Notes under the pieces: generated by a model
The model's database searches: none
Seen by the model: the letters and a program-made list of their open reading frames with translations, nothing else
What the model was told of the DNA's origin: nothing
Program-made: the position numbers and the translations under genes
In this document: positions 32,762-42,171 of the stretch, piece by piece
Numbering within the stretch: the first letter of the stretch is position 1
How the letters are laid out: every line of letters starts with the position of its first letter
Source of the DNA: an uncultured Clostridia bacterium
GTDB taxonomy: Bacteria; Bacillota; Natranaerobiia; Natranaerobiales; Natranaerofabaceae
Length of the DNA stretch: 64,000 nucleotides
Direction: 5' to 3'
Assembly: GCA_964498995.1 (NCBI GenBank)
Contig: CAZCIZ010000001.1
Location: forward strand, 41,479-105,478

Positions 32762-32944
32762 TTAGGCTTCCCTTTCTTGAATCATTTCTTCAGCTTTTTG
32801 AATGGCAAGCTTCACCAGGTTTCCACAATCTTTTGAAGGTACACTACCCCAGCCTTCATTTTTTACAGTTTCATAAACTCCCAGCTCTTTTGCCAGTTCA
32901 TATTTCAAGTTTTCACTCATAAACCTGTTTTTGTTTCGGGGCAT
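32762..32944 (-). CDS. Alpha/beta-type small acid-soluble spore protein
   Basis: 60 aa. The segment ELAKELGV...GWGSVPSKDCGNLVKLAIQKAEE matches the SASP alpha/beta signature. Start at MPRNKN, 9 nt after AAGGAGTG. Confidence 0.85.
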   Translation of the reverse strand: MPRNKNRFMSENLKYELAKELGVYETVKNEGWGSVPSKDCGNLVKLAIQKAEEMIQEREA

Positions 32945-33049
32945 AAAATGATTCACTCCTTAGTCATATTTGACTTAAGGGAAGCTGTAGTTTTATAATC
33001 CCCCAAAAAAAGATGTCCTACTTAGCAATATACTGCCAGGTCAGTAATT

Positions 33050-34450
33050 TCAATCTCCTTTTAATACGCCCAGAGGTACCAATCTAGCAGCTTTAGTGAT
33101 CATATTTCTTTCGGAAAGGCTATCCACCACTTCATGAATATCTTTATATGCTTGAGGAGCTTCATCTATGTACTTTTTTATCCCCTTCATGGGCAGTTCT
33201 ATTCCTTTCATTGTTTCTTTAAAAGTCTTTTTATCAATAGCTTCTTTTGCTTTTTTCCTTGACAATAATCTTCCAGCCCCATGATTGACGGAGTAAAAGC
33301 TCTCTTTTAACTTAGAAGTTCCCATTACAACATATGTGCTCGTACCCATGCTTCCAGGTATAATAGCAGGTTGTCCAATCTCTTTGAATTCAAGATTTAA
33401 ATCTTCATGTCCAGGTGGAAAAGCTCTGGTTGTACCTTTTCTATGCACCAGTAATTCTTTACCATAGTGTCGTTCAAATTTTGCAATGTTATGAGAAACA
33501 TCATAGACTAAGGATATATTGGAGGCATTACCAATTTTTTCTTTTATGATGTTTTTAATTATCCACGAGATCAGCTGCCTATTGCAAAAAGCATAGTTGC
33601 TAGCTGCAGCCATAGCCTTTAAATACCTTTTGCCTAAATCAGAATCCAAGTAGGCAAATGCAAGGCCTTTAGTTGGAAGTTCCTTTTTGTTAGCCTTTGA
33701 TAACATTTCCTGACTGTAATCTTTACAAATTTGATGTCCTACACCTCTGCTTCCAGTGTGTATGAGGATCCCAAGTGTATCCTCATAAATTCCCATTTTA
33801 TCCGTTATAGGAGGATTTAAGCAATTTTTTACCTTGCAAAGCTCAATAAAATGATTTCCTCCCCCAAGAGTTGATAGCTGGCCGGTTCTGCTTCTCGCTT
33901 TTCTACTCAAAACCTCAATAGAACCACCCTGCATGCAACCTCCTTCTTCAATCCTGCCCAACTCCTTTTTACTACCTGCTCCCTTTTCTACCAGGTATGG
34001 AACTCCAGCTTCTAAAACTTTTTCAATTTCCAAGGAGCGCAAAATTTCATGTCTGCCATCCTTGCCTGTCCCCAGGGGAATTTCTGCTGATATTTCGCCC
34101 ATGAGTTCATTTAAAAATTTTGCCGACAATTCATCTGCCGGTATATCGGTTTTAAGGAGTCTTACTCCACAATTTATGTCCATACCAACTGCCCCTGCCG
34201 AAACAATACCGTTATTTTTTTCCGTCGCCATTACACCCCCAATTGGCAAGCCAAAACCTTCATGGATATCTGGGAGTCCTACTATGGGATAAAATACTCT
34301 AGGAAGGTTTGCAGCCTCTCTCAACTGCTTAATTTCGTTCCCTTCTAGTTGAGAAAATAATTTGGGCGAAATAAAAAGTTTTATGATGTTATTGTTTTCA
34401 TCATCATCAATAACATAAAGGTTGTCACCTTGGTACTTCATTCCTTTCAT
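33050..34450 (-). CDS. rtcB: RNA-splicing ligase RtcB
   Basis: 466 aa with GGGNHFIE, HTGSRGVGHQ and NHGAGR motifs. Confidence 0.95.
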   Translation of the reverse strand: MKGMKYQGDNLYVIDDDENNNIIKLFISPKLFSQLEGNEIKQLREAANLPRVFYPIVGLPDIHEGFGLPIGGVMATEKNNGIVSAGAVGMDINCGVRLLKTDIPADELSAKFLNELMGEISAEIPLGTGKDGRHEILRSLEIEKVLEAGVPYLVEKGAGSKKELGRIEEGGCMQGGSIEVLSRKARSRTGQLSTLGGGNHFIELCKVKNCLNPPITDKMGIYEDTLGILIHTGSRGVGHQICKDYSQEMLSKANKKELPTKGLAFAYLDSDLGKRYLKAMAAASNYAFCNRQLISWIIKNIIKEKIGNASNISLVYDVSHNIAKFERHYGKELLVHRKGTTRAFPPGHEDLNLEFKEIGQPAIIPGSMGTSTYVVMGTSKLKESFYSVNHGAGRLLSRKKAKEAIDKKTFKETMKGIELPMKGIKKYIDEAPQAYKDIHEVVDSLSERNMITKAARLVPLGVLKGD

Positions 34451-34475
34451 ATACCCACCCCCTCATAACGGATAC

Positions 34476-35348
34476 CTATCCATAACCCTGAGAATAATTA
34501 TTTACCAATCTTCTCAAGCGTTCCATATTTTCCTTGTCAGAGTTTTCGGTTCTTTTGGGTGTTTCTAGGATAACCCCTTCTACTTCTGATAATTCAGGGC
34601 TGTTGAGAAAATAAAAAAAACCCTCTTCACCTATTTTACCCTTTGTTATGTCTTCATGCTTATCTTTTTTTGAGCCTTTTTCTTCCACTGTATCATTGGC
34701 ATGAACCACCTTTATTAAGTCCAAAGGGATATTTTCTTTCAGTTCTTTCATGGTTTCTCGGACTCCTTTTAGGGTTGATAGTTCATAGCCTGCTCCAAAA
34801 GCATGGGCACTATCAAAGCAAAATCCTATACTTATTGGGGCCTCTTTTACCTCGGCAAAGATCTGTTTTAATTCAAAAAAAGATGCACCCATACTATTTC
34901 CACTGCCTACAGTATTTTCGAGTAAAAGCATTACATCATCTGAAATATCATGAGAAATCTTTTCAATAGCTTTTCTGATGTTATAAATCCCTTTTTTGAC
35001 ACCTTCTCCCAGGTGACTTCCAATATGGGTTACTACATACGGGGCCTTAAAGATTTCGGCTTTTTTAATAGATGCCTTCAATAATTCTACAGATTTATTA
35101 TGGATATCGTCCTTTGGAGATGCTAGATTTATCAAATAAGGGGTGTGAAAAATCAATGGTGAAATATTATACCTCTTTTGCGCTTTAATGAATTTAGCAG
35201 CCATATCTTTATCTAAGGCCGGGGGTTTCCAAGCAGTAGGGTTCCCTGAAAATATTTGAACTGTTTTGGCACCTGCATCAGAAGCTTTCTTTAGTTGCTT
35301 ATCATAACCACCAGTCAAAGACATGTGAATTCCAAGTTTCTTTTTCAT
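34476..35348 (-). CDS. nfo: Endonuclease IV-type AP endonuclease (xylose-isomerase-like TIM barrel)
   Basis: Start at MKKKLGIHMS, after AGGAGAGAG. Typical Nfo-like HxxY, LEN and DSAH blocks. Confidence 0.85.
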   Translation of the reverse strand: MKKKLGIHMSLTGGYDKQLKKASDAGAKTVQIFSGNPTAWKPPALDKDMAAKFIKAQKRYNISPLIFHTPYLINLASPKDDIHNKSVELLKASIKKAEIFKAPYVVTHIGSHLGEGVKKGIYNIRKAIEKISHDISDDVMLLLENTVGSGNSMGASFFELKQIFAEVKEAPISIGFCFDSAHAFGAGYELSTLKGVRETMKELKENIPLDLIKVVHANDTVEEKGSKKDKHEDITKGKIGEEGFFYFLNSPELSEVEGVILETPKRTENSDKENMERLRRLVNNYSQGYG

Positions 35349-35382
35349 TCTTCTCTCTCCTAACTGTCCTGCTTTACCAACC

Positions 35383-35633
35383 AAGGTACACGAAGTTTAA
35401 TAAGTAAACCTGTTGGATTTTCTCTTAAATTGCTTGCTAAATACCATAAGCGAACTTTTGATTTGGACGATTTTGCAAATCCTTGTGAGCGTTGGTATTT
35501 AGCAAGCAATCTATCAATAAAACACAAGTCTTTACGATTAAACTTCGTGTACCGATTCGTAGATGTATTAATAAAAACTTTTAAATATCGGAATATACTA
35601 CTGCGGTAAAATTAAAGTTTATTTTCTTACTAA
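35383..35633. mobile_element. MITE-like palindromic element, second copy lacking the left outer arm
   Basis: Shares a 105-nt identical core (35425-35529 = 29853-29957) and the 17-bp stem (35385-35401 / 35537-35553) with copy 1. The right outer arm is degenerate and the left outer arm is absent. Confidence 0.7.
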
Positions 35634-36199
35634 AATTTTAACTTTTTTATCGCTATCAAGTAAGGCGGCAAGTTTTTCCTGTTAGTTGATACAACCTTCA
35701 CAGAATTGTACTCAAAATGACCTAGTCCTTGGCAATATTCTTCAATCTTTCTAGCCTCTTGTAATCCGGTTTCGTGACCTGGATAGATAACACACGTAAG
35801 CACACCATCTTTTCGAAGGAGCTTTAAACCTTGATCAAGGGCAGCTATGGTAGTAGAAGGCCTTGTGACAATGTCCTTATCACTCCCCGGCAAATATCCG
35901 CAATTAAACATTATTGCTCTTACACCAGAATCGACATAATCGACCATCTTTGAATGATCTTGATTTATTAACTTGACTCTATCACTGACACCATTATGTT
36001 CTAACCTGTCTAAAGTAACCTCGATAGCCTTTTCTTGAATATCAAAAGCAAATACTTTGCCTGCATTTCCTACCTGTCGGGCTAGAAATAAGGTATCATA
36101 CCCATTGCCACAAGTAGCATCAATGGCTACTTCCCCTTGTTTTATAACTTCAGATATTATTTCCTTGTCCATTTCAGTAGTTTTCTTGAAAATATCCAT
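35630..36199 (-). CDS. Class I SAM-dependent methyltransferase (YtqB-like putative rRNA/tRNA methylase)
   Basis: 189 aa with the SAM motif AIDATCGNGYDT. Confidence 0.75.
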   Translation of the reverse strand: MDIFKKTTEMDKEIISEVIKQGEVAIDATCGNGYDTLFLARQVGNAGKVFAFDIQEKAIEVTLDRLEHNGVSDRVKLINQDHSKMVDYVDSGVRAIMFNCGYLPGSDKDIVTRPSTTIAALDQGLKLLRKDGVLTCVIYPGHETGLQEARKIEEYCQGLGHFEYNSVKVVSTNRKNLPPYLIAIKKLKF

Positions 36200-36293
36200 T
36201 TAAATACGACCTACCTTTAAGGAGGTATTTGTATGATCAACTAGAATTCGTTATAATATAATGTAATTTCACATAATTAAGGAGGGTTATTTT

Positions 36294-36593
36294 ATGGTTA
36301 TCGTTGAGGTTAGTATAGTACCTTTAGGCACAAATACCCCTAGTATCAGTTACTTTGTCGCCGAGTGCCACAAAATATTAAAAGACCAAAATAAAGTAAA
36401 ATATGAGTTGACGTCCATGGGTACAATCCTTGAAGGTGAATTTAACGATTGTTTTGAACTGATCAAAAAGATGCACGAGTGTCCTTTCGATGCGGGCGCT
36501 AAAAGAGTTAATACCCACATAAAAATTGATGATAGACGTGATATTACAACTTCCATGGATCAAAAAGTACAAAGGGTTAAAGACAAGCTGTAG
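36294..36593 (+). CDS. MTH1187/YkoF-family (UPF0045) small protein
   Basis: 99 aa. N-terminus VEVSIVPLGT is typical of the family. RBS AAGGAGGG. Confidence 0.75.
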   Translation: MVIVEVSIVPLGTNTPSISYFVAECHKILKDQNKVKYELTSMGTILEGEFNDCFELIKKMHECPFDAGAKRVNTHIKIDDRRDITTSMDQKVQRVKDKL

Positions 36594-36631
36594 AATTGGG
36601 GTGCAAGAAGAAACTTCTTGCACCCCAATTC
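36593..36631. terminator. Perfect 18-bp hairpin between convergent genes
   Basis: GAATTGGGGTGCAAGAAG-aaa-CTTCTTGCACCCCAATTC. No clear U-tract on either strand. Confidence 0.6.
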
Positions 36632-36645
36632 TACTAAAATGTTGA

Positions 36646-37380
36646 TCAAATAAACTCTTGAATATCTTTGAGGGCTTCTGAACATTTGGATTTAATTGTT
36701 ACTTCTGCATTTATATCATAAGGCGTACTATCTAAATTGATAATACCCATGGGGACTCCTAGCTCAGCAAGTCCTGCAACGGGATAGACTTGAAGGCTTG
36801 TGCCAACAACAAGGAGAAAATCGCTGTTATTTTTAAGTTCTGTAGCAATTTGGAAGAAATCATCAGGCATAGGGTCGCCGAATAGGACAACATTGGGCCT
36901 TAACATCCCTTGGCAATTATCACATAATGGCACTGTATTTTCTTTCACTTTTTTGACCAGGTCATCAAAGGGATATGACGTATTACATTTTAGACACTGC
37001 CCTTTTTTGACATTGCCGTGGACTTCCCAAACATTTTTTGAACCAGCTTCCTGATGAAGGCCGTCTATATTTTGAGTGATTATTCCATTGATGAAACCGT
37101 CTTTTTCAAGTTCTGACAGGACATAATGTCCATCATTGGGCTTTTTGTCAAGTAAGGTCATAAATCTCTTAAATGTATATTCATAAAACTTTTCTGGTTC
37201 GTTTAGAAGCACGTCACGAGTGGCATATTTTATTGGGTCAATCTCATTCCATATACCTGTCCCGGGACTTCTAAAGTCGGGAATACCACTTTCCGTACTC
37301 ATCCCTGCTCCCGTCAAGGCATACGCCTTATTGGCTTTCTTAAGGCATTCGCACAGTTTTTTGGCTTGATCTTGACTCAT
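36646..37380 (-). CDS. cobB: NAD-dependent protein deacylase (Sir2/CobB family)
   Basis: 244 aa with GAGMSTESGIPDFR, QNIDGLH and a Cys4 zinc ribbon (CLKC...CDNC). Confidence 0.9.
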   Translation of the reverse strand: MSQDQAKKLCECLKKANKAYALTGAGMSTESGIPDFRSPGTGIWNEIDPIKYATRDVLLNEPEKFYEYTFKRFMTLLDKKPNDGHYVLSELEKDGFINGIITQNIDGLHQEAGSKNVWEVHGNVKKGQCLKCNTSYPFDDLVKKVKENTVPLCDNCQGMLRPNVVLFGDPMPDDFFQIATELKNNSDFLLVVGTSLQVYPVAGLAELGVPMGIINLDSTPYDINAEVTIKSKCSEALKDIQEFI

Positions 37381-37462
37381 TTGCTACCCCCCTTTTTAAT
37401 TGCTAAATCATTCTCCATAATGTTATAATGAATCAAAAACATTGTAAAGAGGTTGAAATTCA

Positions 37463-38224
37463 ATGAAAATCACTTTTCTAGGCACAGGACCATCTCACGG
37501 TGTTCCAGTCATTGGGTGTACATGCAGTGTCTGCACATCAAATAACGAAAAAAATATAAGATGGCGTTCAAGTATAATTATAGAAAAAAAAAGTAAGTTT
37601 ATCCTGATAGATACATCCCCGGAGTTTCGTTTTCAGGCCTTAAAATATGATATTAGAAAAATTGATGCAGTTTTATTTACCCATAGGCATGCCGATCATG
37701 TCCATGGATTCGATGATTTAAGAAGGTACAACGAAATAACGGGAAAGACCATACCCTGTTTTGCTGATGAAACCACGGCAAACAGTATAAAGAACATGTA
37801 CCCCTATGTTTTCAGGGCAAGAAAGCATGACTATACAAGTAAACCTAAGGTAACAATGAAAATCGTCAACGGTGTTTTCCAAGTGGAAGATATCAAGATT
37901 ACTCCAGTCCCTATAAAACATGGGGCCGAAAAAATCCTAGGATATAGATTTGATAATTTTGCTTATTTAACTGATTGTTCTAGTATCCCAGAAGAATCTT
38001 ATTCACTCCTTAAAAATTTGGATATTCTGGTAATCGGTGCCCTTCGTTACACTCCGCACCCCAATCATTTAAGTGTAGACGAAGTGATCCCTGTAATCAA
38101 TCGGATCAACCCCGGCAAGGCGTATCTCACTCACATGACCCATGAAATTGAATACCATACCCTCAAGGATTACCTTCCTGACCATATTGAGCCGGCCTAT
38201 GACGGACTAAAATTATTTGCTTAA
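37463..38224 (+). CDS. MBL-fold metallo-hydrolase (PhnP-like)
   Basis: 253 aa with the HRHADHVHG motif and an N-terminal CTCSVC zinc site. Confidence 0.8.
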   Translation: MKITFLGTGPSHGVPVIGCTCSVCTSNNEKNIRWRSSIIIEKKSKFILIDTSPEFRFQALKYDIRKIDAVLFTHRHADHVHGFDDLRRYNEITGKTIPCFADETTANSIKNMYPYVFRARKHDYTSKPKVTMKIVNGVFQVEDIKITPVPIKHGAEKILGYRFDNFAYLTDCSSIPEESYSLLKNLDILVIGALRYTPHPNHLSVDEVIPVINRINPGKAYLTHMTHEIEYHTLKDYLPDHIEPAYDGLKLFA

Positions 38225-38348
38225 TCTTTTGCTTAGTTTAAGGTTACAATTTATTAAGCCCAATTTTTCTATTGATTGTGTTATATTTGTTTGTTGATTA
38301 AACAGATTAAACAGATTAAAGTACGGATCCAACACTTTTAGACTCGGC

Positions 38349-41300
38349 TTAACATTTAGAATAACCGCAGTAAAAACAACTGACGCACCCGCTTTCATGT
38401 CTCACATGTCCACCACATTCAGGGCAAGCCCCCATGAGCCTATCCAGACTGTCGATTCCATTGTCAGACTTTCCTACTTTTTCACCAGATTCCTTTTCTC
38501 GAATGCACTTATCGAGGACTATACCTATGGCATCAGGGCAGCTAAGGACCATACCGCCGGATCCATCCCAGGTAGGGTTAGGACATCTAATAGCCCTCAA
38601 TTCCTTGATTATTGTTTTTACATCTAGCCCTGCCCTCAAGGCCATACTTATAAGTCTAGCAGTTGCTTCAGATTGACTGGCTGCGCACCCTCCAGATTTT
38701 CCCATGGATGCAAACAGTTCACAAAGCCCGTACTCATCCTCATTAACTGTCACATACAAGTTGCCACAGCCGGTTTTAATTCTTTCTGTTTTACCCACGG
38801 TGACATCAGGCCTTTTTCTAGGGGTGATATCCAATGCTTTAAAATCTTCATTAGAAACAGTTGCAGACTTTTTGGACTTGGACTTGTCTTCGCCCCCTTT
38901 TTGTAAAACCTGCTCTTCTCGGCTTTTGTCCCGATAAACCGTCACACCTTTACAATCCAGTTCAAAGGCTAGTTTATAAATATTTTCTATATGATCCCTG
39001 GTAGCATCAGAGGGAAGATTAACAGTTTTACTCACGGCATTATCAGTATATTTTTGAAATGCTGCCTGCATTTTTAGATGCCATTCGGGTTTAATATCGT
39101 GGGAAGTAACAAAGATTTCTTTGATATCCTCTGGGATTTCATCTATATCCTTAATAGAGCCATTATTTGCCACCTGTTCCATTAGCTCTTTGCTGTAACG
39201 ACCTCTCTCCCGAATCATCTGTTCAAAGATAGGATTAACTTCAATCAACTTGTCATTGTCCATTACATTTCTGGTAAAGGCAAGGGCAAATAGTGGTTCT
39301 ATTCCACTAGAAACTCCACACAAAATGGAAATAGTTCCTGTAGGAGCAATAGTGGTGGTAGTGGCATTTCTAATAGGTCTCTCACCCCTCAAGTCATAGA
39401 CACTACCTTCAAAATTCGGAAATGCTCCCCTTTCTTCAGCCAATTCCCTAGACTTTTCCTTGGACTGGGTATCAATGTATTTCATAACTTCTTCTGCTGT
39501 TTCTAGCGCTGTCTGAGAATTGTAAGGTACCCCAAGCTTGAACAGCATGTCACCAAATCCCATGACTCCTAAGCCAATTTTACGGTTAGCCTTGGTATTT
39601 GTTTCGATCTCTTTCAATGGGTATCTATTAGCATCTATAACATTATCAAGAAAATGAACCGCGGTCCTGACTGTTTCCTTTAGCCTTTTATAATCTATAT
39701 TCCCCTCTGAAGTTACCATCCTAGCGAGATTGATAGATCCCAAATTACAGGATTCATTTGGTAATAAAGGCTGTTCTCCACAATTATGGACTGCCATGCC
39801 CTGAGCAATTAGAGAATTTGTAACTGGTTCATTTATGTCATATACTGTAACTTCCTCTCCGGTATACCTGACTCCTTCAACTCTAGCATAGAATTTTTCA
39901 CCTTCATTGATAGACCTGGCCAATCCTTTGCTGTTTTCTTTTATCATTGCATCTGGTAAAAAGCCAACTTTTTGATCAAACTTCCATACTTCGCCTTTTT
40001 TGATCACAAGTTCATAATAATCATTATTATATAATTCTTGCTCCATATTTTTTCTAGATTCTAACGAAGTAATGTGCCTATAGATCTTAGGGTTTTCTCC
40101 ATCCTTTCTATATATCTTTCCATAAATTCCTAAGTTCAGTAACATCAATTGAACCTCTTGTAAAAATCTTTTGGAGTAAGAGGGCAGACTAATGTTAATA
40201 TTTTTGTTTCCAGCTCTAGTTCCAGCCTCATAATAGTTTAGCTCTCCCCTGGTGTTAAATAGTCCTTTTAGATAAGCACACACCGTTTGTTTAGATGCTG
40301 ATAAAATTTTTTTCGGTACATGATGATCTTGATGGCAGTCTTTTTTAGTCAGCTTTAATCCTGAATTCTCACCGAGCTTTAGTCCTTCATCTGCTCCTAA
40401 ATCATCATCTTGCGCCCACATTCCCTGACCTGACTGAATCAAAACAGGTTCACCACTTTTAAGGCTGTTTGCTTCTTTCCAGCCATCTGGGGTAAGAATT
40501 CGGTGCTCGGGTGTAACCTTAAGCTCCTGGCCGCTTTCTAGGGAGACACAGACAACTTCTTTTTTGCCTGTAGGGAAAACTCGAGCCATTTGCCTGGAGG
40601 TTCCAAACTCTACTGAATTTGACTCATTAACTGCTGTTTTAACCTCAGCCGCTCTATTATCTACTAGGACTTCAAAAGGTTCATCCCCTACTCTATAATA
40701 AAGTTCTTCAATAGATTCGAGTCCCTTTTCAGTAGACACCATGGTTTCAGGGTGAAAGCATGGATTGGTGGATTCTATCTCCCCTATATGGGGAGTTGGG
40801 TTGTAGGCATTTATCCGATCCAAAAATATTATCCCCGGTTCGCCATTTTTCCATGCCATATCCACAATCTTATCAAACACTTCCCTAGCAGCTAAGGTAT
40901 CAACTACCCGGTCATCTTTTGGGTTCACTAGAGAATAATTTTTATCCTGGATAAGTGCCTCCATAAAATCGTCGGTTATAGCTACAGAAATATTGAAGTT
41001 ATTGATTTTATCGCTATCCCTTTTACATGTTATGAATTCTTTTATATCAGGATGATCTACCTTTAAAATACCCATATTGGCACCCCTGCGGGTACCACCC
41101 TGTTTAACAGCTTCAGTAGCAGAATTAAAGACTTCCATAAATGATACAGGACCGCTAGCCACTCCCCCTGTTGAGAGGACAATGTCATTTTTAGGCCTTA
41201 GTCTAGAAAAGGAAAACCCTGTTCCACCACCACTTTTATGTATTAGGGCAGCATTTTTAATACTTTCAAATATGCTGTCCATGGAATCTTCAATGGGCAA

Positions 41301-41573
41301 AACAAAACAAGCTGAAAGTTGCTGTAATTCCCTTCCTGCATTCATCAAAGTGGGGGAGTTGGGTAAAAAATACATCTTATCCATCGATTCAAAAAAATCC
41401 TGGGTGATCTCTTTTATTTTGTTATTTGTCTGGGAATAATAGATGTTGTCTACCTGGGCGATATTATCTGCTACTCTCCAGAGCAGGTCCTCAGGTGACT
41501 CCGTTGGTTTCCCATTAACTTTTTTTAAATATCTTTTTTCAAGTACGGTTTTTGCATTTTCACTTAGTTGCAA
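38349..41573 (-). CDS. nrdJ: Adenosylcobalamin-dependent (class II) ribonucleotide reductase, intein-containing precursor
   Basis: 1074 aa. The extein blocks are typical of NrdJ, including the split TNP/CGEQPL finger-loop motif and a C-terminal CPECGG...CxxCFYCG zinc tail. TTG start 5 nt after AAGGGGGAA. Confidence 0.92.
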   Translation of the reverse strand: MQLSENAKTVLEKRYLKKVNGKPTESPEDLLWRVADNIAQVDNIYYSQTNNKIKEITQDFFESMDKMYFLPNSPTLMNAGRELQQLSACFVLPIEDSMDSIFESIKNAALIHKSGGGTGFSFSRLRPKNDIVLSTGGVASGPVSFMEVFNSATEAVKQGGTRRGANMGILKVDHPDIKEFITCKRDSDKINNFNISVAITDDFMEALIQDKNYSLVNPKDDRVVDTLAAREVFDKIVDMAWKNGEPGIIFLDRINAYNPTPHIGEIESTNPCFHPETMVSTEKGLESIEELYYRVGDEPFEVLVDNRAAEVKTAVNESNSVEFGTSRQMARVFPTGKKEVVCVSLESGQELKVTPEHRILTPDGWKEANSLKSGEPVLIQSGQGMWAQDDDLGADEGLKLGENSGLKLTKKDCHQDHHVPKKILSASKQTVCAYLKGLFNTRGELNYYEAGTRAGNKNINISLPSYSKRFLQEVQLMLLNLGIYGKIYRKDGENPKIYRHITSLESRKNMEQELYNNDYYELVIKKGEVWKFDQKVGFLPDAMIKENSKGLARSINEGEKFYARVEGVRYTGEEVTVYDINEPVTNSLIAQGMAVHNCGEQPLLPNESCNLGSINLARMVTSEGNIDYKRLKETVRTAVHFLDNVIDANRYPLKEIETNTKANRKIGLGVMGFGDMLFKLGVPYNSQTALETAEEVMKYIDTQSKEKSRELAEERGAFPNFEGSVYDLRGERPIRNATTTTIAPTGTISILCGVSSGIEPLFALAFTRNVMDNDKLIEVNPIFEQMIRERGRYSKELMEQVANNGSIKDIDEIPEDIKEIFVTSHDIKPEWHLKMQAAFQKYTDNAVSKTVNLPSDATRDHIENIYKLAFELDCKGVTVYRDKSREEQVLQKGGEDKSKSKKSATVSNEDFKALDITPRKRPDVTVGKTERIKTGCGNLYVTVNEDEYGLCELFASMGKSGGCAASQSEATARLISMALRAGLDVKTIIKELRAIRCPNPTWDGSGGMVLSCPDAIGIVLDKCIREKESGEKVGKSDNGIDSLDRLMGACPECGGHVRHESGCVSCFYCGYSKC
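39783..40760 (-). mobile_element. Intein (326 aa) inside nrdJ
   Basis: Starts with Cys (CFHPETMV), has a TPEH block B and ends with VHN followed by the +1 Cys. The central region has a single degenerate LAGLIDADG-like motif (YLKGLFNTRGEL) and an LLNLGIYGKIY block. Confidence 0.85.
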
Positions 41574-41706
41574 CTGGATTCCCCCTTGTAGATAATAAAG
41601 ATGGATTTTTAAATAATTTTTTATTAGGGCTTTACATTATCCTTGTTTTCTAATAAATTATATTGTTAGAATAGTTATATAAAATTTTGAGGAGGTATTT
41701 ATTTTA

Positions 41707-42033
41707 ATGAGCATTTCCGAAAAGGCTAATGAGTTAGCCGAAGAAATTAAACAAACACAGGAATATGAAAATCTTAAAAGTGCAGAGGCCAAGCTAAAGT
41801 TAGACCCTGCAGCTCAAGACTTGATTAGCGAATTTCAAGAGAAACAAGAAAAAATGCAAAATGCCCAACAAACAGGTGAACAAGTTGATCAAAACGTAAT
41901 CGAAACCTTGCAAAACTTACAGGGTCAAATGCAAGAAAACGAAACAATCAAAAATCTTATGGATGCACAGCAACAATTTGATGAAGTAATGAAACAAGTA
42001 AACGAAACTGTAACCCAAGCTCTAAGCAGCTAA
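41707..42033 (+). CDS. YlbF/YmcA-family regulatory protein
   Basis: 108 aa, helical and Gln/Glu-rich, with a typical YlbF-like N-terminus (ELAEEIKQTQEYENLK). RBS GAGGAGG. Confidence 0.7.
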   Translation: MSISEKANELAEEIKQTQEYENLKSAEAKLKLDPAAQDLISEFQEKQEKMQNAQQTGEQVDQNVIETLQNLQGQMQENETIKNLMDAQQQFDEVMKQVNETVTQALSS

Positions 42034-42041
42034 TTCCTAAG

Positions 42042-42075
42042 GTAAACTTCCATTTTAATGGAGGTTTACTTTTTT
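42042..42075 (+). terminator. Intrinsic terminator after the ylbF-like gene
   Basis: GTAAACTTCCA-ttttaa-TGGAGGTTTAC followed by TTTTTT. Confidence 0.75.
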
Positions 42076-42135
42076 GAGGTTTACTTTTTTATTGTAACTG
42101 TAATTCTAATTTTATTACAATTTTCCCTTGGACTC

Positions 42136-42171
42136 AACAAAAAAACCAGGCTCTTTAAAAGCCTGGTTTTT
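42136..42171 (-). terminator. Bidirectional terminator hairpin enclosing the stop codon of the hdrA-like gene
   Basis: AAAAACCAGGC-loop-GCCTGGTTTTT, with A/T runs on both sides. Confidence 0.7.

Noticed and set aside
36646-37380. Sir2-domain protein as a possible anti-phage (Thoeris/DSR-type) effector.
   Set aside because: It is a compact 244-aa canonical sirtuin with a Cys4 zinc ribbon and all deacylase motifs. It has no partner genes (ThsB/TIR, HerA, pAgo) and no extra domains.
38296-38320. Short tandem repeats (GATTAAACA x2.8 here; TTACTCTTT x4 at 59505-59540) as possible CRISPR or minisatellite arrays.
   Set aside because: The units are 9 nt with no spacers, far from CRISPR geometry. 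There are no cas genes in the window.
41574-41706. Cobalamin riboswitch or NrdR boxes upstream of the B12-dependent nrdJ.
   Set aside because: The spacer is 133 nt and AT-rich. It has no B12-box-like GCCACTG/AGYCMGG element, and I could not recognise a 16-bp NrdR palindrome (ACACwAtATaTwGTGT type).
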